Below, piece by piece: positions 26,001 through 38,139 of a DNA stretch of 64,000 nucleotides (positions are counted from its first letter, which is position 1; each line of letters starts with the position of its first letter). The notes under the pieces were generated by a model. That model did no database searches. It was not told where the DNA came from and saw nothing but the letters and a program-made list of their open reading frames with translations. Source of the DNA: Phoronis australis. Lineage: Eukaryota; Animalia; Phoronida. The stretch is from positions 69,682-133,681 of the forward strand of contig NMRA01000565.1 in NCBI GenBank assembly GCA_002633005.1, written 5' to 3'. Position numbers and translations under genes: made by a program.

Positions 26001-29000
26001 TGGATCAAAGTCCATGTCCAGGTTATTGGGGTCACCCAGTAGTTCAATGTCCATGATTTTTTCAGACAGACCTGCATTTATGCCAAAGTCCTGAAACACA
26101 ACAAGCAAGGAAAGGGGCATGTAATATAGGTAGCTTCAATAGCAAGCACTTTAGAATTTTCCGTAATATCAATAATTAGTTATCTTTAAGAACAACGAAC
26201 GATATGAATGCATCACAACGCCACAAATGATGTTACAAAAAGCAACAAAATATGACATTTTGAAAGGTACTAACATCATTAAATCTTTGTCATTTAACAA
26301 ACAATTAAAATGTTGAACTTCAGATGTTGTTAATAGTAGATGTCAATTTCAAATCTTATTACGATACAAACCAGAATAACTGAAAATGTCACACCAAACA
26401 GAAAAATTTAAAAAACTAGATACAATAGATACAACGTGTCAAGAAAAGTAACCAATTGTTTTGTTGCATTCTAAACATTTCAATAGAATTCACACTTAGA
26501 CACTGACCACATCTTTTCCATAATCCTCGCTGTCACTCTCTGATTGGTCCTGTTTGCCCACGACTGCCTTGTCACTGGGTTCCGAGTCCTGACAAAACGT
26601 GCAATGTAGTTAACCAATGTACCACAGGGGCAAAGCAAAGAATACTAAACCCCTAGCTAGGGGCCAGGTAACCATTCTTGCTTTAGAGAAACACCATTAA
26701 CAGTGTACAATGAGCATTTCTTTAACTATGAACTCTTTTCATTGAACAAAATCAAACATTTATGTCACATCAAACAACATTCAGGTTAAAATGAAAAAAA
26801 TGTTTTCAAAACTGCTTTAGTCATAAATATTAAATCCTCACTTATTCTGTTCCTCCCAAGGACATGCATTATTACCAAGTCTCGATTACACACAGATACC
26901 AAAACATCAACATTTCAACATTACACGCATTTTGACAGCCTTGTTGAAAATATTAAGAGCAAATTCGGAGATATGTAGTTGAAAGAGTTAAGGAGATTTT
27001 AGCAGCATTTTCAAGAGAGGTAAATTCAGTACTATTCATACTACTGCAAAAAAGTCTTTAAATGATGTTTTAGCGCAGATGATGTGAGAGTACTTGCACA
27101 GTCATGACAATTCCATGTCAACAAACAAAAACTTTAAATACCAAACTAAACATTGTTCTGCAAAACAACAACAATCACATCTGGCTGGTACCAGACAAGT
27201 TACACTACAGGCAACTAATGAAAGCAAAGGACTACAACACCATATGTGTTTTAACAAACCAGGAATTCAAATGATGTTTACTGCTAAGCATAAGGCCATT
27301 ATAGATATTTACTAGAGTGACAGCTAATATTACAGCATGCCAAACAAGTAAAGGTGGGTGGAACGTATGACATTACTACATTTCCATCAGATTCATGCAG
27401 GGCCAAAAACAAATAGTGCGGGTGGTCTGATACAGGTTGCATCAGATATGCGCAAGCCGCTCAGCCGGACACATTGCACCAAATACCTGAATGAATGTTT
27501 TTTATTAATACAGATAGACACATATAGACATATACACATTCAAATTAAAACCAAGCTGAGGAGAAAGAGACTGGAGGGTCTTGCAGTGGGATCCAGCGAG
27601 GGATTTGAACCTATGACCCTGCGAAAAGAAGACGGACACTCAATCCAACTGGCCACACTGCCCCCTCTCAGACAGAGAAGAAAACAGATGGGAAATTCAC
27701 TTTTAATAGGTAGCCCACATAACCAAAATTAACGTAAGATACATTATGAACAAGGAAGCATAAACAATAATTACTGCTGCAACTCGTTAGGTGATTAGTT
27801 ATTAGAGCTGAAACTAACATCAGTTTTTGTTAAATTTCCCAATCACTCTGATTCTTGAGTAATCAAAATGCATTTAATTTACAAACAGGAATATAAGTGT
27901 CCCCAAAAATAACTCAGAAAAGTGAGAAAGACGACACGCTTCGTTAGAGCTGGATAGAGCAGTATACATGCTGGATTGTGCAATGTTAAAAACAAAATTA
28001 CAGTTAACATTATTAATTACTTAATTACTCCTACCTCGGAATCCTGGAAATTAGCAAAAAGAATTGCAATAGGTATTTAGATATCACATTACTGCATCTA
28101 AGTTTTTTCTATGTAACATGTTGGCATGTTATGCAAACAATAAAAAAATGTTAATACCATGCAATGCCACTGACTGAATATTAAGACTTAATATTTTGTA
28201 AAGTTTTATAAGATGTCACCGGCATTTAACAGTCAGCCAGTGAACAAGAACAATGCAGTTCTGGGAAAGTTTGAGTACTAGAACTAAGATTCCAATATTT
28301 GTTTGTTTCATTACAAAACCGATAAAGCATTTTAGACATTTATGTAAAGCAATGCATAAAATAAACTAATGCCAAATGTATGTGGAAAGAATTTCTTAAA
28401 AGCAGCAATTACAATTTTGAACAATACCAAAACTTCATGTTAAAAGTCCACCTGGTTTACAAAAAATGGTGCATCCATGGTCTAAAATTCAAATACGTCC
28501 AAAGAAACTTGAAACAGAGTTTTATGTGAGTTGTGCCATTTCTATACTAAAACACACAATCTTCTGCAAGGTGATGATAAAATCATTGAATACTGATTTA
28601 ATCAAAAACTATTTTACTATCTGGATTCAATTAAAAATTCCACTCTTAATAATTTGATAAGATGACCTATGACCTCACCTCGTAATCCAGGTCAGCAATG
28701 TCATGCATATCCATCTTAATATTGTATCGTGACCCGATATTGTCACTCTGTAATGACAATCCACAAGAGGCACTGATTAGACATCAAAACCACAACATCA
28801 CAACACTTCAACACATGTGTTCAAGCAGAATTTTAAATGCCTTTCAACCACAGTGCAAGTTGTTGAACATAACATCCTTCAAGACACCTAGCGCCATCTG
28901 TCTTCCGCAACCAGTAAAAGCAGAAATTGAATCAAGAAAACTAGTGAGCAACCACAGCTGGAATACATAACATTTCTGACCTAATGCACAAGTCAGGTTT

Positions 29001-32000
29001 GAGTGTTTGCATTGTGTTGTCATGACCAACAATGACTATGAGACATGTTGTAGGCTAGCTGTCCGAAAACCAAGATTAATTAAAAGCAAAATCTCGCAAA
29101 ATCAAGTGAGTAAAAGGCGAGTGTTTCCCGAGTATGATCCGAGCTTATTACCCTATCGAAGCAAAATGACAGCCATTGAGTAGATTGATCGGCGAGGTTG
29201 AAAAGTTGAATTGTGAGACTGAATTGAGTGTTTCCATTCCAAAAGCACATATTTTTGACACAAGCACAATCCAATATCTGGGGTCTGCAGACCACAGACC
29301 TGGCGTTATTTTTAACTTAGCTACAATGTTTAGAACAACTCAGATGCCTTGATATTGAATGGTGGAAGATAATTGTAATGCTTCCTTTTGACTTTTAAAA
29401 AAGCATCACGGCAACTTCATCTCAAAAGTGGTCTACTGGTTGACTGTAGAGAAACCATCACCATCTGTATCACATGACAACATTGCCCTCTTAGAATAGA
29501 TTTCAACCATGATTCTACTTAGTGAAAGCTTGCCCAGATGAACTGCAAGACATAGTTAACGTTACGAGTGTATGTACTGCGTGGAACTCTGGAAAAATCA
29601 AATACGTATCGTTCAACTTCACGCATTACTGACCACTTCTGAGAAATCATCATCCAGCATTTGAATGGTCTCCCCCCCGCCGGTGTTCAGTAAGCTCTTG
29701 GTCAGACCACCTGTCGTCTTCAGTGATCCTGCTGTTTTGCTGGGACCGAGAGGCTAGAAATGAGGGGTCGACGACAAATGATTAGTCATTAATGAATCAT
29801 AAAATGTAAAATATTGTTCGATAACACAGTGCTTTTCATTAGTCACGGGTGATTTTTCAGCAATGGAGTTTTTGATAAAACTACAAAGCATTTTTTCCAA
29901 GTACTAACAAACTAAGACTTATACAGAAGACAGATAGATAAAATTATATCTTAGTTCAAAAGGCTAAAATTATTAAAAATGCAAAATAATGTACCAGTTT
30001 CACATTTCACACCCTAATGAGTGGTAACTAAGGATCCTCACAAAATGACTAGCATCAAAGCATCACTCCAATTGCAAGCTAATTTTATGATAAAATGAAA
30101 ATTTTAACAAATTAACACACCAAAGTTCAATATTATGAAGTACATCAATGACTTCAAATTTATGTAGACCAAAAAGAGCACACAACTGAGAAACAGAATT
30201 TGAGTAGACAGACAGCCACACATACCTCACTTAAACTGCTTTTGAGCGGCCCGAGCATATGAGCGCCACCAAGGGACCCAGTGCTGCCGAGTGTACTCAT
30301 CCCCATGGTGGACTCAACCTTCAGGGGTGCCAGGTTACCAAGAGGTTGCGACTGAAAGATGCAAAAACAATATTTACCTGATTTAAAATTACTGGAGTTC
30401 CAATAGGCAAGAATTATCTTCCAAATACAGGCAGGCTGGGATAACAATTTAAAGCCCAAGTCACAGCGCACAATAGAAAGAAGGCTATGATTGGAGTGCC
30501 GATAACATCCAATACCCTCAAAAGTTTGTAGTTTGAAAATTCCTTTCAAAGTCTGCCAAACGGGCAAGTGTGAACTACGCTTTTAGCGAATTACAAGGCA
30601 ACTGGTGGGAAAGATCACCCACCAAGGACCACAATGTCCAATTTGTGAGATAGGGAGTATGAGTTTTTAGTCGATTCCTGCTTTTATCTTTCAAGATTTA
30701 CACCAATGATGCATCAACAGGTGACAGAATGCAGATTGGATGATGTCATCAAAACAGGTTTAGTGTCATTTAAAAATAATCAACAATTAGTTTTGGCCAG
30801 CAAGACTATTCACAATGCAACGAAGCAGCTGTATACAAAACCGAAGCCATGACTCAAACACAGCCTACACTCAATCTTCTCTAAAAAGACAACACATTAG
30901 AACACATTAAACGTCAATAGTCACCTGCAAAGGTCCCAGATTTCAAGAACCAGATTGTTGCCCATTATTTAAAGGAGAAAACTGGTTCTCAAAATACAGG
31001 ACTCCTGTATGTGACTGTCAGTCATTAAACACGAATAGCTCGACTACTTAAGCACATTAAAGACGACAGTTACCATGTGGACACAGACCAACACACATAA
31101 AGAAACAATGTCCAGTGAGTATCTATTGGCAACTAGTTGTCTAATTCAACTGCAGTCTATGTAATAGACTTATATATATAAGACACTAGAACTACACCCA
31201 TTCTTTAACTACCCTGGAAACAAATAATTGCCAAAATTTTTCTATTTTCAAAGGGTATCTACTTTGCTACAAAGCATCAAATTTCTGCCATGTGCTGCTT
31301 TTTTTGGCAGCTGAATAGGTAGAAACTGAGCAAAACATCATGAAATAATTCAAAGTAAATTTGCATATTTCCTTCATACTGCGTGCTAAATAGGTGAAAA
31401 AATGACCGTTCACCAGGCTTTTCAAAATGTCAGGGTTTTGCAAACACCTACTTATACATTTAACTGTCTACAAGAAACTTTACAGCTGTATTTTACCATG
31501 TTTAGGCATTTCGCCGTCATAAAATCGATCTCATAATTGTTACCATGACAGAATTGTATTCCGGTTACCACCAAGAATATCAAAACTATCAGTGACTTAA
31601 GACAATGCTTCAGAGTTTGTTGAGGTTTGGCTAACCCTAAAAGCGTAAATTCAAAAATGGCGCGTGTACATATTGCCTGCAACTTGAGTTGGTGATGGAA
31701 ATAGAATCCTGTCCCAGAAAGGAATGTTATGAAACTGGTTTTATGAGTAAAAGGCATAGTTTGATTTTTGTTTTTCAGCGACCTTAACAGGGTTTAATCT
31801 AGCTTTTCTGGTAACATTCAGCACAATCAACTTCAGCCTATATGTAACTCATGCATCTTCTAACCTTACTATGAGCGCGAAAAGAAGTTAGTATCAAGCA
31901 GACATAACAAAACAAATGATGCTAAAACCGAAAGAAATGTCATAGGTTGGAACAGCAGTCGAAAACATCAAAAACAGCCATTGTGCCATTCTATTCTGTA

Positions 32001-35000
32001 GCATATTAACAATTTTATTACAAAACTTTGCTTTCAAAATTGTAAGGGACAATCGCCACTCGAGACTCGACAATTGATCAATCACATGACATGCTTTAAG
32101 TACACTTTCAAAGTTCACGAGACGAAACTGGAAAATTTTTGAGTCGAGTCTCAGGTAAATTTTGTTGATCTTGGAGCCAGATGTCTCAAGCTCCAACACG
32201 GCTATGAAAAAATGAGAATAATTAGTCACAAACATGCCAGTGTCTTGCGGCACATAATGTAACCCAGCAAGAATCATAGACATTCAGAGTGTCATCCTAA
32301 TACAACAAAGTTTTGGACTTTTGAATCTTACTCTGTGATATTGTGCAAAAATTTTCATTGTGAAAAGAGCTTATAGTTCCCAACACAAAACATTTATCGT
32401 AACAAAAGTTGACCTGACATTTCTTAAAGGTTTAACGGTGTTAGTAGCGGACAGTACATAAGCAACCGTCACCTTGATCGGCGAGAGAGGCCCACTATTG
32501 TTGAGAGAGGACTGAGGCTGGCCCCTGGGGGACATGGGGTTAATCGGCCCAAGCTCCTACAGTCAATAATAACCATGTCAAACATCCGATGTTATCTAGA
32601 TTAATAACAATTCATCTAAACTAACCAAATATACATGCATGCAAACATATTCTAACAACATTAAAGAGATAAACAAAAAAAAATCAATACGAAAAATTTA
32701 TTTTTCACGATTTAATGGCTTAAAAGAAGACACACATTTTACACACCTTGTCTGGTTTGTTTTTATTTTTCTTAACTTCTTTCTTCTTTTTGTCCTTTTT
32801 CCCACCCTTCTTCCCTGAAAACAACCACAAAATGTTGTGAGGCAAAAGCAACAAATGGGCCAGGCGATAGGGATGCTGAACTGTCAGTAACATACACGAA
32901 CCACCCTACAGGGAAGTAAAATCCAGTCTGTGACAAAGATGAGTAGACTGAGAGGTTACAAGCACCACTAAAGCATTTACAAAAAGTTTACCTAATTATT
33001 ACTTATGATAACAGAACAGCTTTACATCCACACTCGTACACACACTTCCTCACTTATAAGCACAACACACGGACCAGATCCAGTCAGATCACAAACTCAA
33101 GATATTGTACTAGTATTCACACACATGGCTGATCCACCACCCAACATAACACAGAACTCGCAAACCATGGCTTATGCACCCAGGAAACTCTTGTGCCGAC
33201 TCAAAATCAGGCCTTAAGACTATAATTTTGTGCCGGTATCATGTTGAGCTGTCAGTGAGTCATGTTTGTGAGCCGCAAGTTGTGTTGTAGGTCACGTTAG
33301 CCATGTTTTGGGAGTCTAGCGCCATGTTCAGCTGTCCGTACACAATGTTTGTATGTAGATGAACTGAGTCTATCAGGTGTGTGTCCTATTATGACCTTCA
33401 CCATGAGTCATTCTAGATACTGTAATGGTGCGTTGCACTCAGTCGGCACTTTATCTGATTATTTTGGGCATGTACGGTACTTCAAATTAAAATGACTAGA
33501 AAAAAATTATCAAGCTAGACTTTCTTAAAACCATCTGAACCCTGTCAACTTAGGCAGCCTCTAAAGGACCTATAAATAGAATTGCTTGATCTCTTGTTGT
33601 AAGGTATTGTGGCATGAAGAGACTACTTCATGTATCATTTGGCAAGACTTCACTATGCTCATGTTTTCTTAGGTTGCGCAACTATAGCTGAGACTATCTG
33701 GGAAGTCCAACACATTTAAAACAACAAAAATCCTTTCCAAGAGGACTTTAATAGCAGATCCTACCTGTACCCCCAAGACCCTACTTGTACCCCAAACCCT
33801 ACTTGTACCTGAATCTACCTGTACCCCCAGACACTACCTGTATCCCACCTATACCTGTATCCCACCCCATACCTGTATCCCACCCATACCTTTATCCCAC
33901 GCCGTATCTGTACCCCACCCACTACCTGTACCCCACCACTACCTGTACATCACACCCTACCTATACCCCACCTGAATCCCCAGACCCTACCTGTACCCCC
34001 ACACCCAACCTGTACCCCCACACCCAACCTGTACCTCCAAACCCAACCTGTACCCCATACTCTACCTATACCACAGACCCTAACTGTACCCCCAGACCCT
34101 ACCTGTACCCCCTCCCTGCTGTAACTTCATTCGCTCCTCTGCCACCATCTTCCTGTAGTATTCATCACAAGGGTGGTCCCATATACTCTCACCAGTACTA
34201 AAGTTGAAATAGTAGATGTCCTCATTTGGATCTTGACTGAAATATGGGACAGAAAAAAATAAAATAAAACATGGCTGCTTCCCACTTGGCGATTCATCAC
34301 TGATGTCCAACACTGCAGGGAGATTTTTTCCAATAAAACCAGTTACTAGTCAAAAGGGGAAAATGTTATCACACAACAGCTGGGCAGGTGCTAAGCAGGG
34401 TGAAACTAAAACTTTGACACATGGCAGAGATGATATTTCAGGAGTTGTCATAGAACCACAACCAACCTAAGTTTTGTCCCTTGGTTGCTAAAATTCAGCT
34501 GCTTAGAGTTATGTCGTAATGAACAAAATTTATTCACCATAGTATCAGCAAAATACAAATGGTTGTGGTTTCAGCAACACAAAAGAACCATACTGTAGTC
34601 TGTCATTCTTCAATTCTAAGGAAACTGAAACTTATGAGAGTGAAAACTCATGACCTCAGGGACTATAGGCCGGACATAGTGCTATCATCAATTTGAATAG
34701 GTTAGTCCAACAAGTAAGCTAAAAAGTGAAAGCAAACTTCTTGATAGAATAGGCAACTGCTATCACAGTAACAGCTAAATCTGAATGAGAATGAAATCCC
34801 ACCATCTGTTGAACAGACTTGCGGTATGCTCACAAAATTTGACCGTCCCAAGTACGTGAGCTGGCTACTCCAGATGGTCTATCAAGGCAAAACTGCGTAT
34901 TGACACCAGCTCGATATATAAAACGGAGACTGACCAAGGCTTCCAGTGTTCCGGTAGAGGTGCGTTTATCCCTTCTCGAGCAATCCACAACAGCTCGGGC

Positions 35001-35756
35001 TCCTTGGCCGCATCCAGCCCAATCACCGCCGCGTACTCGAAAATTTCTATAAAAGATGAGATACATAAAAACATATGGCAATATATTGTACAAATGGTAA
35101 ACACATTTGTCAGCCATTATCCCTGGAGTTTGATTAAAGAAGGGTGACTTAAACATTAAGTTTAGAAAATTTGACATTCACTTCTCCTTTACAATTACTG
35201 AACAAAGATTTTGACATGTAACAACTTCGAGATACTTTACAAAAAATATCCGATCTACCAACAATTTGAAGTAGCTAAATTTTGTTCAAAAACAGGACAA
35301 TGGATCCACACTCCAGGCAACAGAAAATATCACAATGGCAGAATGCACAGTGTTAGTACCGATAATTTAAAAAAGAGCAAGAATACGTAATTTGTAACAC
35401 TGCATAATTTATGAAAAGCTGCAAGCTACGTTTGGAAATCCTAAGCTATGTAGATCTGAGATATCTGTAAAAATCCCGAGCTATGTTTGTTGTAATTCTA
35501 GAGCAATGGAATTGAATGCTATTAAATGGTACTTATTTGTTGCACGTTGGTGTAAAATGATAATAGCTCCGACATTTTTAGCTAGTGAAACAATAAATAA
35601 ACAGTTGTTTCAGTCTATGAATTAGTAAATGTTTGCTCAGGGAAAGCCAATACCTTAATCATTTTCAGTTTAATTTCATTGCTTACCTTCTTCTGTTGGT
35701 TCATAATTTTCATCGTAATCCTCCTCTAGGATTACTTGACCATTCACTTTCATCAT
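4103..35756 (-). CDS. CEP164: Centrosomal protein 164 (centriole distal appendage; WW domain + coiled coils), 34 coding exons, ~1465 aa
   Basis: N-terminus [92 protein letters not shown] matches the CEP164 N-terminal/WW region, followed by a Lys-rich stretch, long E/K coiled coils, ERKWRTYF and C-terminal [18 protein letters not shown] exons, all phase-compatible: 35687-35756, 34935-35046, 34103-34236, 32747-32814, 32473-32556, 30226-30351, 29634-29753, 28679-28747, 26508-26588, 25594-26090, 25201-25330, 24737-24834, 23988-24119, 23318-23435, 22810-22986, 21553-21672, 20900-21022, 20047-20190, 19728-19790, 18857-18940, 17952-18020, 17051-17244, 16035-16168, 15615-15746, 12564-12622, 11908-12029, 10208-10361, 9652-9813, 9032-9188, 7865-8123, 7535-7623, 7355-7424, 6627-6773, 4103-4202 (sum 4398 nt). 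Confidence 0.93.
4652..5058. mobile_element. MITE with 39-bp terminal inverted repeats
   Basis: CCAGTGCCTAGTTGCATGAAACAGTCCCAAATAGGGACT (4652-4690) versus its reverse complement at 5020-5058, one mismatch; non-coding interior. Confidence 0.8.
5845..6185 (+). mobile_element. Penelope-like element 3' remnant (GIY-YIG C-terminus plus minimal hammerhead core)
   Basis: Peptide [19 protein letters not shown]...[11 protein letters not shown] resembles the PLE endonuclease tail; it is followed by CTGATGA-t-GTCTA-atgaa-TAGAC-GAAA-CGTT at 6149-6179. Confidence 0.65.
6410..6620. repeat. Degenerate 37-38 bp tandem repeat, 6 copies, abutting the U12 donor
   Basis: GTTCCATGACTGAACAC-like cores at about 6414, 6451, 6489, 6527, 6564 and 6601. 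Confidence 0.75.
8768..9045. repeat. 71-bp tandem repeat, 4 copies, including an exon end and donor site
   Basis: GAGTCACCATTCTTTGCC starts at 8771, 8842, 8913 and 8984; each unit contains CTTAC|CTTGAGCGAGCTC. Confidence 0.95.
11018..11090. repeat. (TG)n microsatellite
   Basis: Pure TG run of about 21 units followed by a degenerate tail. Confidence 0.97.
13030..14316 (+). mobile_element. Helentron-associated (HINE/pearl-like) non-autonomous element, copy 1
   Basis: Starts AACAAG; subterminal IR ATGCGCCCAC / GTGGGCGCAT; ~150-bp core repeats with a 452-bp higher-order period; GGAC-type microsatellite at ~14240-14270; 3' palindrome 14283-14311, then a short A-run to 14316. Contains the assembly gap. 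Confidence 0.75.
13357..13470. other. Assembly gap (114 N)
   Basis: Run of N. Confidence 1.
16531..16985. mobile_element. MITE, possibly PIF/Harbinger-like
   Basis: Ends AAGGCCCAGTCC ... GGACTGAGCCTT with TA-rich flanks; GC-richer, degenerately repetitive interior that explains spurious ORFs 16336-16958. Confidence 0.55.
21677..22458. repeat. Tandem array of 8 monomers alternating 99/96 bp (195-bp dimer x4)
   Basis: CATGGAG starts at 21680, 21779, 21875, 21974, 22070, 22169, 22265 and 22364; variants AATTCTA..CTATAATGG and AATTCCA..CTATGG alternate. Confidence 0.97.
24285..24775. repeat. ~112-bp tandem repeat, 4-5 copies, spanning an exon-intron junction
   Basis: CCCACTCAC|CTCACTTGA...CTGATCTTGGCCT recurs with donor positions 24735, 24623, 24512 (GC variant) and 24400. 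Confidence 0.9.
25594..26090 (-). CDS. CEP164: CEP164 largest internal exon (497 nt)
   Basis: Within ORF 25488..26120; TTTCAG acceptor and GTATGA donor; [14 protein letters not shown]...AAEAAQR; phases fit both neighbours. Confidence 0.9.
27575..27665 (-). mobile_element. tRNA-derived SINE head / tRNA-like remnant
   Basis: Minus strand GGGGCAGTGTGGCCAGTTGGATTGAG...GGTTCAAATCCC: Pol III A box and B box, but no clean cloverleaf. Confidence 0.55.
28035..28043 (-). CDS. CEP164: Candidate 9-nt microexon of CEP164 (Asp-Ser-Glu)
   Basis: Minus strand reads ttgcaattctttttgctaatttccAG|GATTCCGAG|GTaggag; phase 0/0 matches the flanking exons. Confidence 0.6.
33755..34112. repeat. Degenerate ~18-20 bp minisatellite built from the exon-3 donor junction
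   Basis: Repeated AGACCCTACCTGTACCCCC, which is GGGGGTACAG|GTAGGGTCT on the sense strand. Confidence 0.88.
34103..35046 (-). CDS. CEP164: CEP164 exons 2-3 encoding the WW domain
   Basis: PLPEHWKPC|[22 protein letters not shown] is the WW signature, split by intron 34237-34934. Confidence 0.95.
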
Positions 35757-36949
35757 CCTGACTGATGGGTGGGAAACTTGCTAAACGCACTTACTAAAAA
35801 CAAAATAACAATGTGTGCTAACAGTAAACAAGATTGGCTACTCAGTACATACAGACACAGCGCACAGCACAGCGCAGCACAGCACAAACACACAGGTAAG
35901 ACTACTGAATTAACTAATAACCTTGTTTGCTCCAGTGGTTAGGATACAAATATGGAACTTTCACTATCGTTTTACAACGGAAATGAAGCGCCCTAAGAGA
36001 TAAGTGAAGAAGTTAAGAGAGGGTGTGCAGTGTCACTGCTGCAAAAAACAGCCTGCAGATGGCAGCATTGTTCATAGCAGTAACCATTGCTCAAGCATGA
36101 GAGCTCAAGAGCTTTAACTTAAGTAATTGACTGGTTTAGGTTTAAATTCCCAGTCGAGAATTGATTCAACTCGCCAGCTACAAAGTGACTAGCAAGGGAG
36201 GTTTATCACAACCAAGTAGATTGCGTGAATTTTACTTTCGTAAATGTAAAAAATGTAATAAATTGCCACCAAGCAATGAGAACTGCATGTTCATCTATAT
36301 CACTTTGAAGTAAAAAATTTAAAAGTTTACAACGTATCTCACCAATTTCACACGAAAATAGTGGCCAAAATTAACATTTTTCACTTTTCAAAAGCTTCTA
36401 ACTCTGTTGTGAACGTCCAGAATTTCTCGAAACATTGCCTGGGCGTGTTATGGAACTTTAAAATAATAAAATGGTTATTGGATGTTAAACATCTTTTGTG
36501 AAAAGACAAAATGTTTCTTGTTGGCCAAAATAAGTCACACAGTAGTACTACAGTAACTATCAATAATAAAGGCACCAAATGATAATAGAATAGAGAGTTA
36601 TATTCACAGGGAACATTAACAAAGCTCAGAACTTATTTTTAAAGCCTTGAACTTCCTACTAGATAGATCTGATATTGTTTTTTATTGAATTTCGAACCGT
36701 ACAGTTTGACACAGTGGAGGCATAAGGATTTGTAAATAAATGTTTTTGTATTGGACGTTGGGATTAAATGTGTGAACTAAATTAGTTAGCAATGCTAAAA
36801 AATGGTAATCGAACGTTACTCTACAGATAAATTTGAGGATCAATCTTGTGCATTGGATTTCAAGCTTCAGTGCCATGAAATATAGAGTAGTTGACCAATT
36901 TTGTAAATTCTTCAAATCAACTGTTCCTTTTCCACAAGGTTGCACACAT

Positions 36950-37850
36950 GAATATCGTTTATGTATAATAGGAACAAGCAGGGGCCTAACACTGAGCCTT
37001 GTTGTACAACAGATTCCACAGGTATACTTGACGACTTCTCGCCTCTGACAACTACAGTCCAGTTAGAAAACTTGCGATCCATTTGTTAACAGTACCTGAT
37101 ATACCGTATTGGTTTAATTTGTGGATCAGTAAGGAGTGGTTTACCTTATCGAAGGCTTTACTAAAATCCATTATGAGAGCATCAACACTATTACCTTTTT
37201 CAACGTGCTCACTTAAATCTCATCGATGACGTCTAGATGGTGGGTTTCACAAGACATTTTTGAACACAATTCTTGTTGTTCTGGACACATGATGTTATTT
37301 GAGACACAGTGCTCTAAAATCGTGTGGACAATTATGAGTTCAAGCATTTTACACACTATACTGGTTAGTGACAAAGGTCTGTAGTTCTCAGGAAAGTATT
37401 TTTCTCCTTTCTTGAAAACAAGGGTTACGTTCGCATTTCTCCAGTCAGACGGGACACTGCCAGACCTAAGTGATGATTTATATATATGAGGGTCAGAGCT
37501 GAGGCCAGTTCCACTGCATTGCTTTTAAGAATGAGTGGATTGAATGTTATCAGAACCCATAGACTTACTGGGATTGATATCCCTCATTAATTTCTCATGG
37601 TATTTGGCAAGTAGGGTACTGCACGTCAGTGTCTCGTGGGGGACATCAAGTATGAAACTCGTCGGAGGTGAAGTTTATCTTGGGGCTAAAGGCAGCTTGA
37701 ATTTGTTTATTGAGGAGCCCAGCTTGCTCCTTAGCCTCTGTGACAACTTTCCCACGATTTTTTAAGGATGTAACTGTAATTCCAGTATTTTCAGATCTTA
37801 CAGATCTTATGTGAGACCAAAATTTCTTGTTGAGTTTGCTCACATTGTTT
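36950..37850 (-). mobile_element. Degenerate non-LTR retrotransposon (CR1/L2-type) reverse transcriptase fragment
   Basis: Minus-strand peptides KKFWSHIRSVRSENTGI..., VPSDWRNANVTLVFKKGEK..PENYRPLSLTSIVCKMLE and DALIMDFSKAFDKVNHSLLIHKL, interrupted by frameshifts and stops. Confidence 0.88.
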
Positions 37851-38139
37851 ACGTCATTATCTGTGATTAGAGATGGTTGGATCGCGAGTCAGGTAATTTC
37901 GGGACTTACTACAATGAATAAATGAATTTTCTGACAACAGTCTTCATACAACTATCTGGCTGGCTACCGTGCACTGTCTGCACAAGTAGCCACAACTGCA
38001 CAAATTGGCTTGGTCAAGTTTGGAAGATAAGACTCCACAAATACAACACTACAAAGATTTTCGTACGTTTTTCAAATCATGAATAACTCTGTTATTTAAT
38101 TTCCTTCATGCTTAGATAGAATTATTTCAAATTGCTTAC

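Noticed and set aside
27575-27665. Functional tRNA gene
   Set aside because: A and B boxes are present but acceptor and anticodon stems do not pair convincingly; called a SINE head instead.
33785-34201. Pro/Tyr/Thr-rich 138-aa ORF resembling an extensin or adhesive protein
   Set aside because: It is the antisense translation of the donor-derived minisatellite.
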